From Candidatus Poriferihabitaceae bacterium (GTDB lineage Bacteria; Pseudomonadota; Gammaproteobacteria; Arenicellales; Poriferihabitantaceae): 64,000 bases of DNA. The notes under the pieces are model-generated. The model did not search any database and was not told where the DNA came from. It worked only from the letters and a program-made list of their open reading frames with translations. Below are positions 30,963 through 39,140 of the stretch, piece by piece; position 1 is the first letter of the stretch, and each line of letters begins with the position of its first letter. A program made the position numbers and the translations under genes. The stretch lies in contig OZ245364.1 in NCBI GenBank assembly GCA_965226545.1, forward strand, positions 2,170,397-2,234,396, written 5' to 3'.

Positions 30963-32785
30963 TGAAAATGCAAGGCTCTTTCATTGACAACCTGCCGAAA
31001 ATTTACGGCTTGTACACCGGCGGCTTCATCATCTTCACGCTGCTCATGGCGGTGTTGGAGAAGATGGGCGTTGCCGCAAGCACCATCGGAATTTTATTCG
31101 TTGCGTTCACTTTGGTGATTTACGCCGGCATCGGCGTGCTGTCGCGCACGATGCAAGTGGATGCCTATTATGTCGCCGGTCGACAAGTGCCGGCGGTGTT
31201 CAACGGCATGGCCACCGCGGCCGATTGGATGTCGGGCGCATCATTTGTCGCCTTGGCCGGCGGCATCTATTTTGGCGGGCACAGTTATCTCGCCTTGGTG
31301 GTCGGCTGGACCGGCGGCTACATTTTGGTGTCGACGTTAATGGCGCCGTATCTGCGAAAGTTCGGCTGCTACACCGTGCCGGATTTCATCGGCACGCGCT
31401 ACGGCGGCAATCTGCCGAGGTTTTTTGCCGTGGTGGTGTTGGCGGTTGCGTCGTTCACTTATGTAACCGCGCAGATTAACGCCACCGGCACAATCGCCGC
31501 GCGCGCGTTGACGATACCGTTCGAATGGGGCGTGTGGTTCGGCTTGGCCGGCATTTTGCTGTGCTCGATGCTCGGCGGCATGCGCGCGGTCACTTGGACT
31601 CAAGTGGCGCAATACATCGTGCTCATCATCGCCTATTTGGTGCCGGTGTTTTGGATGTCCAATGTGCAGGATTTCGGCTTGATTCCGCAATTCTCCTACG
31701 GCGAAGCCGTGGTGCGCATCGGCGAACTCGAGCAAACGCTCGGCGTCGGCACTGCACCGCTGGAAAAAGTCGGCGGCTTAAAAGTGCTGACCACCTTGCA
31801 CAACGCCCCGCAGGACAGCGCGTTATACAGTTGGAAATTCATCACCTTGGTGCTTTGCATGATGGCCGGCACCGCATCATTGCCGCACATCCTGATGCGT
31901 TACTTCACGACTCCGTCGGTGCAAGCCGCGCGTCAATCGGTCGCATGGTCGTTGTTCTTCATCTTCCTGCTGTATTTCACCGCCCCGGCTTTGGCGACAT
32001 TCACCAAACTGCAACTGCTCGACCCGAATCTTGCCACCAGCGTCATCGGCAAATCGATCGCCGAGGTGCAAGCCTTGGATTGGGTGCAGAAGTGGAGCGA
32101 GGTGAAGATGCTTGCGGTAACCGACGGCAACGGAGACGGCATTTTGCAAATCAACGAGTTCTTCATGCGCCCGGATATCGTCGTGCTGGCGACTCCGGAA
32201 ATCGCCGGCTTGCCGTATGTCATCTCCGGATTGGTTGCAGCCGGCGGCATGGCCGCGGCGATGTCGACCGCGGACGGCTTGTTGTTGGCGATTGCCAATG
32301 CGTTGTCGCATGATTTGTATTACAAAATTATCGACCCCAAAGCCGACACCAAGCATCGCCTGATTGTTGCGCGCGTTTTGTTGTTGCTTATCGGCGCAGC
32401 CGGCGCACTTGTGGCGAGTTTGCAACTGACCGGCATATTGGGCTCGGTGGTCTGGGCGTTTTGTTTCGCGTGTAGCGGATTATTCTTCCCCATCGTGCTT
32501 GGCATCTGGTGGAAACGCGCGAATCGTGCGGGCGCAATCGCTGGCATGGTTTTTGGATTCCTGTCAGGCACCATGTATCTGTATATGGTGAAATTCGCTG
32601 ACCCAGTGATGACTCCGTGGTTGGGCATAAACGACTTCCGCTTTGGCATGATTGGCATGCCGGTGAGTTTGATTGCGATGGTTGTCGTAACGCTGATGAC
32701 CGCGGAACCCGACGCCGAAACCAAGGCAATGGTCGACGAAATCCGCGTACCGCGCGGCAAAACCGTGCTGGATGCAAACCATTAA
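30962..32785 (+). CDS. Sodium:solute symporter family permease (VC_2705-type, partner of DUF4212)
   Basis: ~607 aa from MKMQGSF. It has 13-14 predicted TM helices and SSS-like segments (GGMRAVTWTQVAQY, MSTADGLLLA). Confidence 0.85.
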   Translation: MKMQGSFIDNLPKIYGLYTGGFIIFTLLMAVLEKMGVAASTIGILFVAFTLVIYAGIGVLSRTMQVDAYYVAGRQVPAVFNGMATAADWMSGASFVALAGGIYFGGHSYLALVVGWTGGYILVSTLMAPYLRKFGCYTVPDFIGTRYGGNLPRFFAVVVLAVASFTYVTAQINATGTIAARALTIPFEWGVWFGLAGILLCSMLGGMRAVTWTQVAQYIVLIIAYLVPVFWMSNVQDFGLIPQFSYGEAVVRIGELEQTLGVGTAPLEKVGGLKVLTTLHNAPQDSALYSWKFITLVLCMMAGTASLPHILMRYFTTPSVQAARQSVAWSLFFIFLLYFTAPALATFTKLQLLDPNLATSVIGKSIAEVQALDWVQKWSEVKMLAVTDGNGDGILQINEFFMRPDIVVLATPEIAGLPYVISGLVAAGGMAAAMSTADGLLLAIANALSHDLYYKIIDPKADTKHRLIVARVLLLLIGAAGALVASLQLTGILGSVVWAFCFACSGLFFPIVLGIWWKRANRAGAIAGMVFGFLSGTMYLYMVKFADPVMTPWLGINDFRFGMIGMPVSLIAMVVVTLMTAEPDAETKAMVDEIRVPRGKTVLDANH

Positions 32786-32828
32786 ATCAGGTTTGTTCAG
32801 CACCCGCGTCGGCTTTATCCGACGCTTG

Positions 32829-32857
32829 GCCGGGGCGATGATTCGCCCCGGCTTTTT
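32829..32857 (+). terminator. Rho-independent terminator after the symporter operon
   Basis: GCCGGGGCG-atgatt-CGCCCCGGC followed by TTTTT. It is preceded by a second hairpin, GCGTCGG-cttta-CCGACGC. Confidence 0.85.
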
Positions 32858-33158
32858 ATTGCCCGATTGTGGCGATTGCGGGTAAAATTAACTTGTAGCG
32901 GCTTGCGGTGAAGTGCCGTGACTTACAGTGACTTACAATCACTTGCACTTTGTCCGCACTGCACTTTTGTATCGGCGATAAGTAGACGATAAGTAACGTT
33001 GTTGTTGTTACCGTGTTGTGACCATACGGCGACTGTCACTGTTTACTGTTGCCGCGATTGTCGCAACAAACGCATTGACATCGACGTCGACATCAATATC
33101 GACATCGACAACTTAACCCGCAACCCAAATCGAAACTTATCTCGAAACCGAAGCCGCA

Positions 33159-33515
33159 ATGTTCGAAGCATTCCCCTTATGGATATTGGCGTTGGATTAC
33201 CTGCTGGGCATGGTGATGTGGACGCTCATCGGTCGTTTTGCGATGAATATCTTTTTGCGCGAAGACAGCGATTTTTTCTTTATGCGTTTTTTTGTGCGCA
33301 GCACCGACCCGTTGCTTAAACTATTCGCGCCGATTACGCCAAAATTTTTGGTGCGTCCAATGGTGCCGTTATTCGTCGCTTGGTTTTTTTACATCATTCG
33401 CTTTTATCTGATGCCATTGCTGCTCGGCTATTCAGTGCTGGGAATGTTGTCCTTCCCCCTCGAAAGCGAACTCGCCGCCGCGATTGCAAAATTGTTTGGC
33501 ATGTTTGTTAATTGA
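33159..33515 (+). CDS. YggT-family small membrane protein (tentative)
   Basis: 118 aa with 3-4 hydrophobic helices. The central FVRSTDPLLKLFAPITP recalls the YggT TdPxxxPxR segment. Confidence 0.5.
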   Translation: MFEAFPLWILALDYLLGMVMWTLIGRFAMNIFLREDSDFFFMRFFVRSTDPLLKLFAPITPKFLVRPMVPLFVAWFFYIIRFYLMPLLLGYSVLGMLSFPLESELAAAIAKLFGMFVN

Positions 33516-33740
33516 TTTGTTAATTTGTTGATTTGTATTTGTTAAGTTGAGTTTGTTACTTTGTAAAGTTACTTTGTAAAATTACTTTGGAAAGTTACTT
33601 TATTAAGTGCATTTACAAAATTACTTTATAAATAACTTTGTAACATTAACTTGGCAAGTTACTTTGTTAAATTACTGTATAAAGTTATCTTGTAAAGTTA
33701 CTTCGTAAAGTTACTTCGTAACGTTACTTTTACAGTTGCA
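33516..33740. repeat. Intergenic AAGT/ACTT-cored simple sequence (GTTACTTTGTAAA-type units)
   Basis: ...gttactttgtaaagttactttgtaaaattactttggaaagttactttattaag...gttacttcgtaaagttacttcgtaacgttactttt. It is strongly AT-rich and periodic. Confidence 0.9.
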
Positions 33741-33782
33741 TAACCGCCACAATCCCCCCAACCCAAACCCGACTCACACACA

Positions 33783-34610
33783 ATGTCCCCCACCGAACTC
33801 GAAGCCGTCATCACCCGCGCATGGCAACATCGCAACGACGCGCGCGCCTTAACCGTCGCCCCGACCTTGCGCGCGATTGAACAAACCCTCGCCCTGCTCG
33901 ATTCAGGCGAAGTGCGCGTCGCCGAACCGCACAACGGCGAATGGCGCGTGCATCAATGGTTAAAAATGGCGGTGCTGTTGTCGTTTCGCGTCGGCGATAA
34001 TCGCGTTATCGACGCCAAAGCCACCCGCTATTACGACAAACTGCCGCTCAAATTCGCGCGCTACACCGAGCGCGATTTCGCCGCCGCCGGCGTGCGCGTC
34101 GTGCCGCCGGCGCATGTGCGCTACGGCGCGCATATCGCGCGCAATGTCGTGTTGATGCCGAGTTATGTCAACGTCGGCGCGCATGTCGGCGCCGGCACAA
34201 TGGTCGACACTTGGGCGACGGTCGGTTCGTGCGCGCAAATCGGCGCGAATGTGCATCTGTCCGGCGGCGTCGGCATCGGCGGCGTATTGGAGCCGCTGCA
34301 AGCCGCGCCGACAATTATCGGCGACAACTGCTTCATCGGCGCGCGCTCCGAAATCGTCGAAGGCGTACAAGTCGGCGACGGCGCCGTCATCTCGATGGGC
34401 GTCTACATCGGGCAAAGCACGCGCATCTACGACCGCGCCAACGGCGAAGTGCACTACGGCAAAATCCCGCCCGGCGCAGTGGTCGTATCCGGCTCACTGC
34501 CGGCAAAAGACAACTCACACAGTTTATATTGCGCCGTCATCGTCAAACGCGTCGATGAAAAAACCAAAAGCAAAGTTGGCATTAATGAATTGTTGCGTGA
34601 GGCGCAATAA
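33783..34610 (+). CDS. dapD: 2,3,4,5-tetrahydropyridine-2,6-dicarboxylate N-succinyltransferase
   Basis: 275 aa with hexapeptide-repeat region [49 protein letters not shown]. Confidence 0.92.
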   Translation: MSPTELEAVITRAWQHRNDARALTVAPTLRAIEQTLALLDSGEVRVAEPHNGEWRVHQWLKMAVLLSFRVGDNRVIDAKATRYYDKLPLKFARYTERDFAAAGVRVVPPAHVRYGAHIARNVVLMPSYVNVGAHVGAGTMVDTWATVGSCAQIGANVHLSGGVGIGGVLEPLQAAPTIIGDNCFIGARSEIVEGVQVGDGAVISMGVYIGQSTRIYDRANGEVHYGKIPPGAVVVSGSLPAKDNSHSLYCAVIVKRVDEKTKSKVGINELLREAQ

Positions 34611-34798
34611 CCGCGCGCATTTGATTCGTGTTGCGTTTGGGTTGCACTTTTAGTTAACCCGCATTGATTTGTGTTTATGTTTAAACTTGAACTTGAACTT
34701 TCATTTTCACTTGTGAACTTGCACTTGCACTTGCACTTAATTTGACCCACACTGAATTCATTGCACTTGCAACTTAATGAAACCATTAAACTTCGCCG

Positions 34799-34848
34799 CC
34801 GCCAACGCCTCGTCAATTTTGCGCGGAATCAATGCGCGTTTGAAAGCG
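34799..34848 (-). pseudogene. Decayed duplicate of the radA 3' end
   Basis: 34799-34824 matches radA 34949-34974 with 1 mismatch. 34825-34848 matches radA 35026-35049 (~20/24). The fragment therefore equals the radA 3' end with a 51-nt internal deletion bounded by GCGC. It lies 87 bp beyond the radA stop. Confidence 0.7.
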
Positions 34849-34934
34849 CGCGTCGAGAGTAAGTTTAAGGCGGGGTGTCGAAATATCGACGCTGAACATT
34901 AAGCGTCACACCCGCCAACATTAACCCACACGCC

Positions 34935-36293
34935 CTACTCCCCAAACACCGCCAACGCCTCATCAATTTTGCGCACGGCGGTCACCTCCATCCCCTTCAC
35001 CTTTTCCTTCGGCAGATTGGCGCGCGGAATCAGAGCGCGTTTGAAGCCGAGTTTTTGCGCTTCGCGCAGGCGTTCCAACCCGCGCTGCACCGGGCGCAAT
35101 TCGCCGGACAAACCGACTTCGCCAAACACCACCCACTCGCCGCCGAGCGCGCGGTTTTGTACGCTGGATACAATCGCCGTCAGCAGCGCCAAATCGGCGC
35201 CCGGTTCGACTACGCGCACGCCGCCGGCGACATTGGCGAAGACATCGCAACGACCGAGCGCAATGTCGGCGTGGCGGTTGGCGACGGCGAGCAACATCGC
35301 CAGCCGATTGTGTTCCAAACCGACGCACAGCCGGCGCGGATTGGCGAGCGCGCTTTCATCGACCAACGCCTGCACCTCGACCAACAACGGGCGCGTGCCT
35401 TCCTGCGTCGCCAACACCACGCTGCCGGGGCGCGATGCGCTTTGTTTGCCGACAAACATCGCCGACGGATTGGCGACATCGATTAACCCGTGTTCGCCCA
35501 TCGCAAACACGCCGATTTCATTCACCGCACCGAAGCGATTTTTGATTGCGCGAATCAAGCGAAACGAACTCGCGGTGTCGCCTTCGAAATACAACACGCA
35601 ATCGACCATGTGTTCCAAAATGCGCGGCCCGGCAATCGCGCCCTCTTTGGTGACATGCCCGACCAACAACACCACGCAGCCGCTTTGTTTTGCATACCGC
35701 ACCAATCGCGCCGCGCATTCGCGCACTTGCGAGACGCTGCCCGGCGCCGAGCCAACCGCTTCGGCGTACAACGTTTGTATCGAATCGGCGACCAACACCT
35801 TGGGCGATTCGCGCGCCGCCACCTCGAGCACCGATTCGAGACGGTTCTCCGCCATCACCCGCAATTGCGCGCCGCGCAAATTTAATCGCTTGGCGCGCAT
35901 CGCCACCTGCTCGGCGGACTCTTCGCCGCTGACATACAACACCGGCATGCGCGCGCCGATGTCGACCAAATGCTGCAGCAATAAAGTGGATTTGCCGATG
36001 CCCGGGTCGCCGCCCAACAACACCGCCGAACCATGCACCAACCCCCCGCCCAACACACGATCAAACTCCGCACTTTGCCCGCCAATGCGCCGCACCTCAC
36101 GCACATCAATCCGCGCCAAATCCCGCACCATTGATGACGGCGCCACCCCGCCAAACCGACCAGCCCCGCCAACATCAACCCGCGCACTTTCCTCCAACGT
36201 ATTCCACGCACCGCATTCACCGCACTGCCCGGCCCATTTCGCAACCTGCGCACCACATTCGCTGCAACGATAATTATGTTTGGGTTTTGCCAT
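34935..36293 (-). CDS. radA: DNA repair protein RadA/Sms
   Basis: 452 aa: N-terminal zinc finger YRCSECGAQVAKWAGQCGECGAWNT, Walker A GGDPGIGKST, KNRFG motif, and a Lon-like C-domain. Confidence 0.95.
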   Translation of the reverse strand: MAKPKHNYRCSECGAQVAKWAGQCGECGAWNTLEESARVDVGGAGRFGGVAPSSMVRDLARIDVREVRRIGGQSAEFDRVLGGGLVHGSAVLLGGDPGIGKSTLLLQHLVDIGARMPVLYVSGEESAEQVAMRAKRLNLRGAQLRVMAENRLESVLEVAARESPKVLVADSIQTLYAEAVGSAPGSVSQVRECAARLVRYAKQSGCVVLLVGHVTKEGAIAGPRILEHMVDCVLYFEGDTASSFRLIRAIKNRFGAVNEIGVFAMGEHGLIDVANPSAMFVGKQSASRPGSVVLATQEGTRPLLVEVQALVDESALANPRRLCVGLEHNRLAMLLAVANRHADIALGRCDVFANVAGGVRVVEPGADLALLTAIVSSVQNRALGGEWVVFGEVGLSGELRPVQRGLERLREAQKLGFKRALIPRANLPKEKVKGMEVTAVRKIDEALAVFGE

Positions 36294-36742
36294 TGGGTTT
36301 ATGAATTAATGTTTGTGTTTAATAAATTGTGCAGGCTACATTGGTTAATTGACGAAGCCGCTCTTTTGCATCGGCGGTGTTAAATCACCATTCCCATCCC
36401 TTCAAAAACAACGAAAAATCCTCCACGCAATGCCGCTGATGTAATTGCAACCATCGACAAAACAATCGCCGTGGTTGACGCAACCACGCATAATTCGAAT
36501 CAGTATACACGACACTTTACGACTTGACGCACTCGCGAATAATCGACGACAAACACGCCGCATTGCCCGCTGTTCGCCATAATGACTTCGCGCAACCGAT
36601 GAAAATAATGCCCGCACCGTCGCACCAACAACAAACAACTCGATAAGACGACATTACTTCGACCAACTTGGATGCATACTTTATTTTGCATTATCCATAC
36701 GCCCCTAAAATTGTTGCATAGCAGCCGCCTTACAAAGATGCG

Positions 36743-38686
36743 GTTTTGATTCCCCCCGCTTTTCCAGCGTGTTAAAATACCCATAACGGCGTGACCAATT
36801 AACCAACCGTTTTGATTCCCCCCGCTTTTCCAGCGTGTTAAAATCAGAAGTTTGCGGTCTTCAGGTTTCATTGTGTTTTGATTCCCCCCGCTTTTCCAGC
36901 GTGTTAAAATTAATTGTTAACACCGCGCGCCGCATGCTTGGTTTTGATTCCCCCCGCTTTTCCAGCGTGTTAAAATGAAGCGGTGGCGACATTGACGGCG
37001 TTAACAGTTTTGATTCCCCCCGCTTTTCCAGCGTGTTAAAATCTTTGCCAGCAGAAAGCCCCACCAGAAGCGTTTTGATTCCCCCCGCTTTTCCAGCGTG
37101 TTAAAATGATTTGGCAAAGGCGTCGATATAAAAATCGTTTTGATTCCCCCCGCTTTTCCAGCGTGTTAAAATTGAAAGGTGATTTACATGACTTACATAC
37201 ACGTTTTGATTCCCCCCGCTTTTCCAGCGTGTTAAAATCGCCAAAATGTCGGCAAAGGCAATGGGGCGGTTTTGATTCCCCCCGCTTTTCCAGCGTGTTA
37301 AAATACCGTCTACTCGCGCCTGCGCCTTGCGACCGTTTTGATTCCCCCCGCTTTTCCAGCGTGTTAAAATGACGCGCTTGATTTCGCAAGCAAGACAAAC
37401 GTTTTGATTCCCCCCGCTTTTCCAGCGTGTTAAAATCACATTTGGATTTACTGCCGCGCCCATCATGTTTTGATTCCCCCCGCTTTTCCAGCGTGTTAAA
37501 ATGGAAAAAACGAAAGATGCCGTCAAGAAAGTGTTTTGATTCCCCCCGCTTTTCCAGCGTGTTAAAATTGCGCGCGAATCGATTCTCCTGCTCCGCCAGT
37601 TTTGATTCCCCCCGCTTTTCCAGCGTGTTAAAATAATACGCGAAGGTGTAAATGATTGGTATATGTTTTGATTCCCCCCGCTTTTCCAGCGTGTTAAAAT
37701 GCGAATCCGAAAACGTTGCCGCGCATGCTTGTTTTGATTCCCCCCGCTTTTCCAGCGTGTTAAAATGTTCCCACCGTGATTCGTGCCACTTGGCTTGTTT
37801 TGATTCCCCCCGCTTTTCCAGCGTGTTAAAATCGCGCCGGTAAAGTAATGCGAACACACCTGTTTTGATTCCCCCCGCTTTTCCAGCGTGTTAAAATCCG
37901 CCAACGCATACCGCGAACTGTTTGGACGTTTTGATTCCCCCCGCTTTTCCAGCGTGTTAAAATTATAGCCAAAGAATCCCAACCCCACGCATGGTTTTGA
38001 TTCCCCCCGCTTTTCCAGCGTGTTAAAATGGCGTCCGCTTGTGCCGAGAAACATAACCGTTTTGATTCCCCCCGCTTTTCCAGCGTGTTAAAATAATGCC
38101 GCCTACTTCGCGCAACCGCCTTGGTTTTGATTCCCCCCGCTTTTCCAGCGTGTTAAAATTTTTCTGCTACGGCTTGCGCCGGAGATTTGTTTTGATTCCC
38201 CCCGCTTTTCCAGCGTGTTAAAATGTATCGCCGCATTTTGTTGTAAAGCGATTCGTTTTGATTCCCCCCGCTTTTCCAGCGTGTTAAAATCAAACCGGTT
38301 GGTTTATCATTGACCCGACCGTTTTGATTCCCCCCGCTTTTCCAGCGTGTTAAAATAAAGTTGATTCGGTTGCTCGTTGTCAAATTGTTTTGATTCCCCC
38401 CGCTTTTCCAGCGTGTTAAAATGCCATCAAAAATACTGCACCAGTTGGTGTCGTTTTGATTCCCCCCGCTTTTCCAGCGTGTTAAAATATTTGATGAGCC
38501 CGACCCGTTGGATGATGTGTTTTGATTCCCCCCGCTTTTCCAGCGTGTTAAAATTCGGCGGCGATTGATTATCTAATGCAATTCGTTTTGATTCCCCCCG
38601 CTTTTCCAGCGTGTTAAAATTACGCCGACCCGCCATACTTAATGGAAACCGTTTTGATTCCCCCCGCTTTTCCAGCGTGTTAAAAT
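36743..38686 (+). CRISPR. CRISPR array: 30 identical 36-bp repeats GTTTTGATTCCCCCCGCTTTTCCAGCGTGTTAAAAT and 29 spacers (23 of 30 nt, 6 of 29 nt)
   Basis: Repeat starts were read one by one (36743, 36809, 36875, 36941, 37007, 37072, 37137 ... 38585, 38651). The arithmetic 30x36+23x30+6x29=1944 equals the array length. The + strand orientation is chosen from the GTTTTG...AAAAT polarity and the promoter in the repeat 3' end. Confidence 0.98.
38678..38686 (+). promoter_or_regulatory. Extended -10 promoter TGTTAAAAT formed by the last 9 nt of the repeat (terminal copy shown; present in all 30 repeats)
   Basis: TGnTAAAAT compared with the extended -10 consensus TGnTATAAT. It sits at the same position as the TGCTACAAT repeat-embedded promoter described for the Neisseria meningitidis type II-C array. 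Confidence 0.6.
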
Positions 38687-38808
38687 ACGTGGGAAACGCG
38701 GTTCAGAAATTGATATATTTGACCTTGGCACCCCGGGTAGCCGACCTATGCAATTCGCAAGATTGGGGAATCTTAACTAATTGGCGACTACCCGGGCACT
38801 GCTTTTTT
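38687..38808 (+). ncRNA. tracrRNA candidate A: an anti-repeat abutting the terminal repeat, plus a structured tail and terminator
   Basis: 38687-38701 pairs with repeat nt 14-28 (12 WC, 1 GU, 2 mismatches). 38706-38716 pairs with repeat nt 1-11 (6 WC, 3 GU, 2 mismatches). The tail has nested hairpins and a T6 run. Placement (array - tracr - cas2, opposite strand to cas) is as I recall for Campylobacter jejuni. Confidence 0.45.
38728..38808 (+). terminator. Long compound hairpin plus T6: terminator for + strand (array/tracr) transcription before it enters cas2 antisense
   Basis: GCA/TGC (38728-30 / 38800-02) and CCCGGGTAG/CTACCCGGG (38732-40 / 38788-96) enclose the inner hairpin AAGATT-GGGG-AATCTT (38759-74). 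TTTTTT at 38803-08 follows directly. Confidence 0.7.
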
Positions 38809-38814
38809 ATCGCA

Positions 38815-39138
38815 TTACCAATTCTCGAAGATGCTTAACTGATGCGGCTCGTCGGTTTTTTTCCGTTTTCGGTAGTCCTCGCTGATGATGGCGATGGATT
38901 TCACCCATTGTTTTTCCGTCACCAATAGCGCCCGGATATTGCCGCCCTCCGGGGCGTACGCTTTTAGTCGGCGTGCGTGTTTTTGCATTCGGTCCCAAGA
39001 AGCGCACGAGCGCATGTACACCGAAAACTGCAGCATGTTGTAGCCGTCATCCAGCAGTTTTTTGCGAAATCGGGTTGCCCGGTCGCGTTCGCGTTTGGTG
39101 CCGACCGGCAAATCAAACAACACCAACATCCAACCCAT
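38815..39138 (-). CDS. cas2: CRISPR-associated endoribonuclease Cas2
   Basis: MGWMLVLFDLPVGTKRERDRATRFRKKLLDDGYNMLQFSVYMR is the typical Cas2 beta1-alpha1 N-terminus. The start at 39138 lies just after the cas1 stop (alternative upstream start at 39168). Confidence 0.9.
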   Translation of the reverse strand: MGWMLVLFDLPVGTKRERDRATRFRKKLLDDGYNMLQFSVYMRSCASWDRMQKHARRLKAYAPEGGNIRALLVTEKQWVKSIAIISEDYRKRKKTDEPHQLSIFENW

Positions 39139-39140
39139 CC

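Noticed and set aside
34969-36273. 434-aa + strand ORF opposite radA, and similar long antisense ORFs (16882-18318 opposite aroA, 12005-13090 opposite lapB, 25403-26257 opposite hflX, 50188-51260 opposite ligA, 18807-19337 opposite tyrA)
   Set aside because: These are typical stop-poor antisense frames of G+C-rich genes. Their products are Arg/Ala/Pro/Ser-rich with no motifs, whereas the opposite strand encodes unmistakable conserved proteins.
36361-36386. Possible degenerate CRISPR repeat (GGTGTTAAAT after CTCTTTTGC) 360 bp before the first repeat
   Set aside because: Only an 8-9-nt exact match. That level is expected by chance in a ~450-bp region, and no 66-bp-phased relics lie between it and the array.
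38711-38719. TGATATATT as an independent extended -10 promoter for a shorter tracrRNA
   Set aside because: It lies inside the candidate A anti-repeat, so using it would remove the anti-repeat from the transcript. It may still be a real minor promoter. This cannot be decided from sequence.
38765-38777. GGGGAATCTTAAC, complementary to repeat nt 1-13 (11 of 13 Watson-Crick), as the tracrRNA anti-repeat (candidate B)
   Set aside because: It forms the 3' arm and loop of a perfect local hairpin (AAGATT-GGGG-AATCTT). It sits inside the long terminator stem and leaves only ~30 nt of unstructured tail, which is not a Cas9 tracrRNA architecture. It is kept in mind only as part of the candidate A tail.
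36861-38838. Long ORFs through the CRISPR array (for example 37036-37857 and 37101-38054 on the minus strand) with periodic FNTLEKRGESK / ILTRWKSGGNQN / FDSPRFSSVLK peptides
   Set aside because: The 22-aa periodicity is exactly the 66-bp repeat-spacer period. These are translations of the repeat in different frames, not genes.
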